Shown here: one piece after another, positions 58,957 to 64,000 of the stretch
Position numbering within the stretch: the first letter of the stretch is position 1
Layout of the letters: every line of letters begins with the position of its first letter
Assembly (NCBI GenBank): GCA_963676835.2
Contig: CAXXFF010000002.1
Location: forward strand, 672,001-736,000
DNA length: 64,000 bases
From: Marispirochaeta sp.
Lineage (GTDB): Bacteria; Spirochaetota; Spirochaetia; JC444; Marispirochaetaceae
Reading direction: 5' to 3'
Translations under genes and position numbers: made by a program
The notes under the pieces: generated by a model
What the model was told of the DNA's origin: nothing
Database searches by the model: none
Seen by the model: only the letters and a program-made list of their open reading frames with translations

Positions 58957-59847
58957 GTGCAGCAAATAGACCTTGAAAGCAGGGAATATCCCAGCCTGCT
59001 GAAAAAGATAAAAGACCCGCCGGCGGTTCTCTATTTTCGTGGAGAATGGAACCCTGGGCTTTTCCGGGAGACCCTGGCTGTGGTCGGCTCCAGGCGGATG
59101 ACCCGCTACGGCGAAACCATGGCGGAAAGTCTGGTTCGGGATATTGCGGGAGCAGGAATCACCATCGTTTCCGGTTTTATGTACGGCATAGATGCTGCAG
59201 CCCACGAAGCAGCAGTGAGTGTTCAGGGAAAGACTGTGGCGGTCATGCCCTGCGGCATTGAGCGGATTCACCCTGCCTATCAGGAAGAGCTCTACAACAG
59301 GATACTGTCATCCGGAGGATTGATTGTTTCCGAGTATCCCGGCGATACTCCCCCGGCTCTCTGGACCTATCCCCGGCGGAACAGAATTATTTCTGGCCTT
59401 TCTCCCCTGCTCCTGGTTATCGAAGCGGGGCTAAAAAGCGGAGCCCTCATAAGCGCACGATTTGCGGAAAAACAGGGCAGAAAAATCTATGCGGTACCGG
59501 GCCCCCTGACCAGTGCTGTTTCGCTGGGAACGGCATATCTTCTCAGCCGGGGAGCCTCTGTTGTTACCGGAAGCAAGGATCTTTTAAAGGAGTACAAACG
59601 GAGGAAATCCGGTTCTGCCGGCGGCAGGAAAAAAGCGAAAGTAGGCCTGAACAGCCTGCAGAAAGAGATAGTAAAGCAGTTGTCCCGGGAGCCCATGTCC
59701 GCCGATGAACTGACCCGGGCTTTGCAGAAATCCCCGCAGGTAATCGGCGCCGAGTTGACGGTGCTTGCAATAGAGCAGGTCCTTGCCCTGCAGGATGGAC
59801 GTTATGTTCTGACCGATCTTGCTGTCCCGGGAGGCAGTGTATGCTGA
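58957..59847 (+). CDS. dprA: DNA-processing protein DprA (short form)
   Basis: YP..L..I.DPP, AVVGSR, IVSG..GID.AAH, RNRIISG and EAG.KSGAL; C-terminal wHTH. Confidence 0.95.
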   Translation: MQQIDLESREYPSLLKKIKDPPAVLYFRGEWNPGLFRETLAVVGSRRMTRYGETMAESLVRDIAGAGITIVSGFMYGIDAAAHEAAVSVQGKTVAVMPCGIERIHPAYQEELYNRILSSGGLIVSEYPGDTPPALWTYPRRNRIISGLSPLLLVIEAGLKSGALISARFAEKQGRKIYAVPGPLTSAVSLGTAYLLSRGASVVTGSKDLLKEYKRRKSGSAGGRKKAKVGLNSLQKEIVKQLSREPMSADELTRALQKSPQVIGAELTVLAIEQVLALQDGRYVLTDLAVPGGSVC

Positions 59848-61370
59848 TTAAAGTGAGCTCAGTCTCCTTCTCGGGACTCAACACCATGAAGATTGACGTG
59901 GAGGTTAATATTGCCGAAAGGGGTCTTCCTTCTTTCGATCTGGTGGGGCTTCCCGATAAAGCTGTGGCCGAAAGCCGGGAGCGGGTACGGACGGCGCTGG
60001 TTAATTCGGGCTTTTCCTTTCCCATGCGGCGGATAACCGTCAACCTTGCCCCCGGGGATCTGCCCAAAAACGGCGCTTTTTATGATTTTCCCATAGCCCT
60101 GGGGATACTTTCGGAAACCATCGGTTTTGATATTCCCGAAGGGAGTCTCTTTTTCGGCGAGCTTTCTTTGGACGGCTCTCTACGGCATACCAGGGGGGCA
60201 CTTTTAGCAGCCCTTTTCGCCCGGGAATGCGGTCTTAAATCCCTCTTTGTTCCTGAAGAATCGGCCAATGAGGCCTCCATTGTTTCCGGAGTTGAGGTGT
60301 ATCCCGTAACAGACCTGAATCAGATCTGCGGGTTTTTCTGCGGAGAAGGTGCAATTGATGCTGCGGTTTATACTTCCCGGGGAACAGATGGGTCGGGACC
60401 GGCTGATTTTGACATGGCGGAGGTTATGGGGCAGGAGCAGGCCAAGCGGGCCCTGGAGATTGCCGCTGCCGGAGGCCATAATGTGCTAATGACAGGGTCG
60501 CCCGGTTCGGGAAAGACCATGCTCGCCCGGGCCCTGCCGGGAATTCTTCCCGAACTGAACGAGGAAGAATCCCTGGAGGTTACCAAAATCTACTCCAGCT
60601 CCGGACAGATTCCTCCCGGGGGCTCCCTTATTGTCAGCCGACCCTTCCGTTCACCTCACCATATTATTTCCCAGGCGGGTCTTGTGGGAGGCGGTTCCCG
60701 TCCCCAGCCGGGGGAGATAAGCCTTGCTCACCGGGGTATTCTCTTTCTGGATGAGTTCAACGAGTTTCCCCGTTCAACCATAGAAGCTCTAAGGCAGCCC
60801 ATGGAGGACGGCAAGCTGACCATTGCCCGCAGCCTGGAGCGCGTAACCTATCCCTCCCGTTTTATGCTGATAGCCGCTGCCAACCCCTGCCCCTGCGGCT
60901 ATCTTACCGACGATACCCGGGAGTGCGTCTGTTCACCAAGGGAAATACACCGCTACCGCAAGAAGCTCTCCGGGCCCATCCTGGACCGCATCGATCTGCA
61001 TGTGGAGGTGCCGGTGGTCAATATCAAAAAGCTTGCCGACGGCCTCGGTTCTTCGGTGCAGAAAGAACCGTCGGCAGAGATCCGGCGGCGGGTCTCCCGG
61101 GCCCGGGGAATCCAGCGGGAGCGCTACCGGAACGACCGTATTCACACCAATGCGGAGATGAAAAACCGGCAGATCCGGGAGTACGTACACCTGGCCAAAG
61201 CGCCTGAGGCAATGCTGATGGCGGCGGCGGAAAGCTTTCAGCTCTCCGCCCGGTCATACATGAAGATTATCAAACTCGCCCGTACCATTGCTGATCTGGC
61301 GGAAGAACCGGAAGTTCGGGAAAACCACATTGCCGAAGCCCTGCAGTACCGGCCGGGAAGTATTGAATGA
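59841..61370 (+). CDS. comM: ComM/YifB Mg-chelatase-like AAA+ helicase
   Basis: VGLPD.AV.ESRERV, ITVNLAP, GSPGSGKT, PFRSPHH, PGEISLAH and NPCPCG. Confidence 0.95.
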   Translation: MLIKVSSVSFSGLNTMKIDVEVNIAERGLPSFDLVGLPDKAVAESRERVRTALVNSGFSFPMRRITVNLAPGDLPKNGAFYDFPIALGILSETIGFDIPEGSLFFGELSLDGSLRHTRGALLAALFARECGLKSLFVPEESANEASIVSGVEVYPVTDLNQICGFFCGEGAIDAAVYTSRGTDGSGPADFDMAEVMGQEQAKRALEIAAAGGHNVLMTGSPGSGKTMLARALPGILPELNEEESLEVTKIYSSSGQIPPGGSLIVSRPFRSPHHIISQAGLVGGGSRPQPGEISLAHRGILFLDEFNEFPRSTIEALRQPMEDGKLTIARSLERVTYPSRFMLIAAANPCPCGYLTDDTRECVCSPREIHRYRKKLSGPILDRIDLHVEVPVVNIKKLADGLGSSVQKEPSAEIRRRVSRARGIQRERYRNDRIHTNAEMKNRQIREYVHLAKAPEAMLMAAAESFQLSARSYMKIIKLARTIADLAEEPEVRENHIAEALQYRPGSIE

Positions 61371-61768
61371 AGCAGACCATCCAGGATGAAGATAACCGAG
61401 AAGGTTATTGCGGCAGGGAAAAAATCGAGCTGGGTATCCGGGGAGAAACCCTGGCGGCGGAATACCTTCAGGAATTGGGGTATGAAATCCTTAAACGGAA
61501 TGAGCGGGTGGGACATTCGGATATTGATATTCTCGCGATGGACGGAGAAACCCTGGTATTTGTCGAGGTAAGAACGAAAACCGGCGGAGACCGGGGTATG
61601 CCGGAGGAGACCTTAACGGGGAAAAAGCTTTTCCAGATGCGGAAAACCGCGGAACGGTATCTGGCCTTCGGAAAACACGAAGGCCCGGCTCGGCTTGATG
61701 CGGTGTGTATTATTCTCGGAAGTGACGGCCGGACCAGCCATTTTAAGCATTACAGAGGTGTGGGCTGA
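61367..61768 (+). CDS. yraN: YraN family nuclease
   Basis: G..GE..A..YL...GY.IL.RN, IDI.A, LVFVEVR and R.D.V.I. Confidence 0.9.
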   Translation: MKQTIQDEDNREGYCGREKIELGIRGETLAAEYLQELGYEILKRNERVGHSDIDILAMDGETLVFVEVRTKTGGDRGMPEETLTGKKLFQMRKTAERYLAFGKHEGPARLDAVCIILGSDGRTSHFKHYRGVG

Positions 61769-61972
61769 GAGTGCTGGAAATATTCTTTCCCACGGGAAAT
61801 ATTTGATACATCAGAATAATCCGACCAATATTAAGCGGTACTTTAAATTAGTCGAACTTTTCACCGCAATTGGGAAAGCTCCTCCTATATTTTATTAAAA
61901 ACAGAACTTTTCCTGACGCAAATCTGTTTTTACGCTATGTTTATGCAGATATCGTAGAACAGGGAAAATTAC

Positions 61973-62347
61973 ATGAAAAAATCATTCTTCTTGCTTGTTT
62001 TGTTTACAGCTTTGGGTGTGGGTGTTTTTGCTGACACTTTCTATTATGTCTATGCGGATGACTGGGATAGTAAAAAAGTCGTTATTTCAGAGGTCTATGA
62101 GCCATCCACAGGGATTAATAATCTGGCCAGCCAGTTTCATGACTGGTGTGAAGCAAATATTGAAGATCTTACCCATGTTGCATACTTCAATTTCAAGCAC
62201 AGTTATATTTCGGATGCCACATCCCGGTCTGATCTGGAAAGATATAAACAATCACAGATTGCCAAATATAAAAATAACGGATTTACCGTTTACGACCTGG
62301 AACGCAGGCAGAGTGTTCCTCCGTTTAGATTTTCTGATGAGTATTAA
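61973..62347 (+). CDS. Hypothetical exported protein
   Basis: Signal peptide (VFA-D). Confidence 0.6.
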   Translation: MKKSFFLLVLFTALGVGVFADTFYYVYADDWDSKKVVISEVYEPSTGINNLASQFHDWCEANIEDLTHVAYFNFKHSYISDATSRSDLERYKQSQIAKYKNNGFTVYDLERRQSVPPFRFSDEY

Positions 62348-62359
62348 TTGGAGCGAAAG

Positions 62360-62809
62360 ATGAAAAAGGTAGTATTGGGGCTTTTTATATTGCTAGTAAG
62401 CTTTTCTGTTTATGGGCAGAGTCTGGATGAGACAAAAGATTGGATGGTTAGAAAAATTGCTGAATTTTCAAAGGATAGAGGTGATGATCGTTTATCATTT
62501 GATGGTACTATCCTTATATATCGTGATGGATCTGGCTCCCACAATGTGACTAGCTCAGTTTCTTTGTTAGAATTAGATGAAAATAGTGTAGAAGTACGCG
62601 CAACTAAATACTACTTTAGAGTTACGGTAGATTCAACTGATTCACGTGCTGTGAGTTGGACGGAATACATTTCTTCTGAAAATTACCATGATAGCGGAAA
62701 TACAAGCTTTATCAGTTTTTATTTTAGAAACCAGGAAATTGCAGAAAAGTTTAAACGTGCCTTGGTTCATGCAATAACGATAGCAAAAGAAGAGGATGAT
62801 CTATTTTGA
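62360..62809 (+). CDS. Hypothetical exported protein
   Basis: Signal peptide (VYG-Q), QSLDETKDW; GGAG RBS. Confidence 0.6.
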   Translation: MKKVVLGLFILLVSFSVYGQSLDETKDWMVRKIAEFSKDRGDDRLSFDGTILIYRDGSGSHNVTSSVSLLELDENSVEVRATKYYFRVTVDSTDSRAVSWTEYISSENYHDSGNTSFISFYFRNQEIAEKFKRALVHAITIAKEEDDLF

Positions 62810-63069
62810 CCTTTATCATCCCAGCAATATTAACCTATTTCTACAGTCAGGTATTTTATTGGAGTTACAAAAATAGAATAGAACATCCTGTACCGTTTTA
62901 TATTATGTTTTCTATGACCATTCTCATATTGCTAGCTCTTTTTGTATTTATAGCATTTAATCAAACCGTTTTGTTTCTGATTTTTATAGGCGGTGTTGTT
63001 TTATTTACTGCTGCAGTCTCAATCATTGGAAATATAGTTCAAAAAAATAGCAATAAAGCAGAGCAATAA
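62806..63069 (+). CDS. Small hypothetical membrane protein
   Basis: Three hydrophobic segments; TTG start overlaps the previous stop. Confidence 0.4.
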   Translation: MTFIIPAILTYFYSQVFYWSYKNRIEHPVPFYIMFSMTILILLALFVFIAFNQTVLFLIFIGGVVLFTAAVSIIGNIVQKNSNKAEQ

Positions 63070-63095
63070 TTATACGCTTGATTGAACATTTTACC

Positions 63096-64000
63096 TCAAT
63101 TGACTCTGACAGCACTCCCGTAAGGCCCCAGCATTCCCAGGGGTGAGTTACTCTCCGTTCCCGCTAAATTTGCACAGATCAGCAGCTCCTTACCCCCAAC
63201 ACTGCGCCGCGATATAAGCAGACTTCCCCGGACTGACAGTTCCGGATTTGCGGTAAACAGCTCTTCCTCCTCATTACGCAGCCGGAACAGGCCTCTCACT
63301 CCCCGGTAAACCTTTCCCTCCGGGGTAGTCTCATCCTGCCGGGCCCTCAAGGCCCGGGCATTGTCAAAGGGCCCCCGGTGCAGAAAACGGGCGTCGGGAT
63401 ATCCCGTCTCTTCCGAGGTTCGGTGGAAGTATTCCTCATTGTCGTGCATGGCTATCTCATCGCCGTAATAGAGTACTGGTGTGCCTTTTAAGGCAAACAG
63501 CAGATGATAGGCAAGAATTACCCGTTCGGGATTTTGCTGCAGAAGATCGAAGAGCCTGCCCGAGAAGGCTTCTCCCTCCTTGAAGAGCCTGACCGGTTTG
63601 TCCGCCCAATAGGCTACCAGTTCTTTACGCTCATTGGGGGAAACCACATCCAGGGTGACTTCATCGTGCAGCCGGATATAGGTGAACCAGGCACAGCTTT
63701 CGGGAAGGTCGGGAATTTCAGCAGTCAGGAGCTGTCTGGGGGACTCCTCTGCCATGGCCTGCCAGAACTTCGGCATCAGCACAAAATGAAAGGCTCCCCG
63801 GCACTCATCTCCGGAGCCGAAGTAGTCCATCATTCCCGCCACCGGCTGATTTGCTTCGGCTAAGAGCATTGAGCCTTCACCAAGCAGGTCCAGAAAGGCT
63901 CTGAAAATCTTAAGGATTATATGCACCTGGGGAAGATTTTCGCTGTCAGTCCCCTCTTTCTTCCAGAGCATATGGGCCGCATCCATACGGAACCCGTCCA
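63096..64000 (-). CDS. GH13 trehalose synthase/amylosucrase-like enzyme (5' end outside window)
   Basis: GFRMDA, LLAEANQP, LHDE and GTPVLYYGDEI. Confidence 0.85.
   Translation of the reverse strand, partial: DGFRMDAAHMLWKKEGTDSENLPQVHIILKIFRAFLDLLGEGSMLLAEANQPVAGMMDYFGSGDECRGAFHFVLMPKFWQAMAEESPRQLLTAEIPDLPESCAWFTYIRLHDEVTLDVVSPNERKELVAYWADKPVRLFKEGEAFSGRLFDLLQQNPERVILAYHLLFALKGTPVLYYGDEIAMHDNEEYFHRTSEETGYPDARFLHRGPFDNARALRARQDETTPEGKVYRGVRGLFRLRNEEEELFTANPELSVRGSLLISRRSVGGKELLICANLAGTESNSPLGMLGPYGSAVRVN

Overview
Chromosomal window from a free-living, probably anaerobic spirochaete (Spirochaetaceae-like). This is inferred from DUF2259, a FlhG-FapA-lgt cluster, a STAS protein with a zinc ribbon and a 1135-aa GH13 protein. 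Most of the window is housekeeping, envelope and signalling genes: aspartate kinase-thrC, murA, pspA, an NtrC-like activator, tagA-like, rsmE, ctpA, lgt, an RpoS-like sigma factor, cheY/Fur/cheW/MCP, a CoA-activase fusion, lysA and dprA-comM-yraN. There is an AT-rich accessory island (~48.6-54.1 kb) and a small AT-rich islet (~61.8-63.1 kb). The most notable signals are non-coding: (i) four palindromic 18-bp repeats at exact 39-bp spacing that cover the promoter and start codon of an AAA_14/DUF4143 ATPase-nuclease gene; (ii) an oriC-like DnaA-box/AT-rich region with no dnaA nearby; (iii) short tandem-repeat arrays in the leaders of pspA, cheW and dprA; (iv) an attC-like inverted repeat at the island edge; (v) several apparently leaderless genes. 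I recognised no rRNA, tRNA, cas or transposase gene. All calls come from reading motifs by eye; no database search was run.
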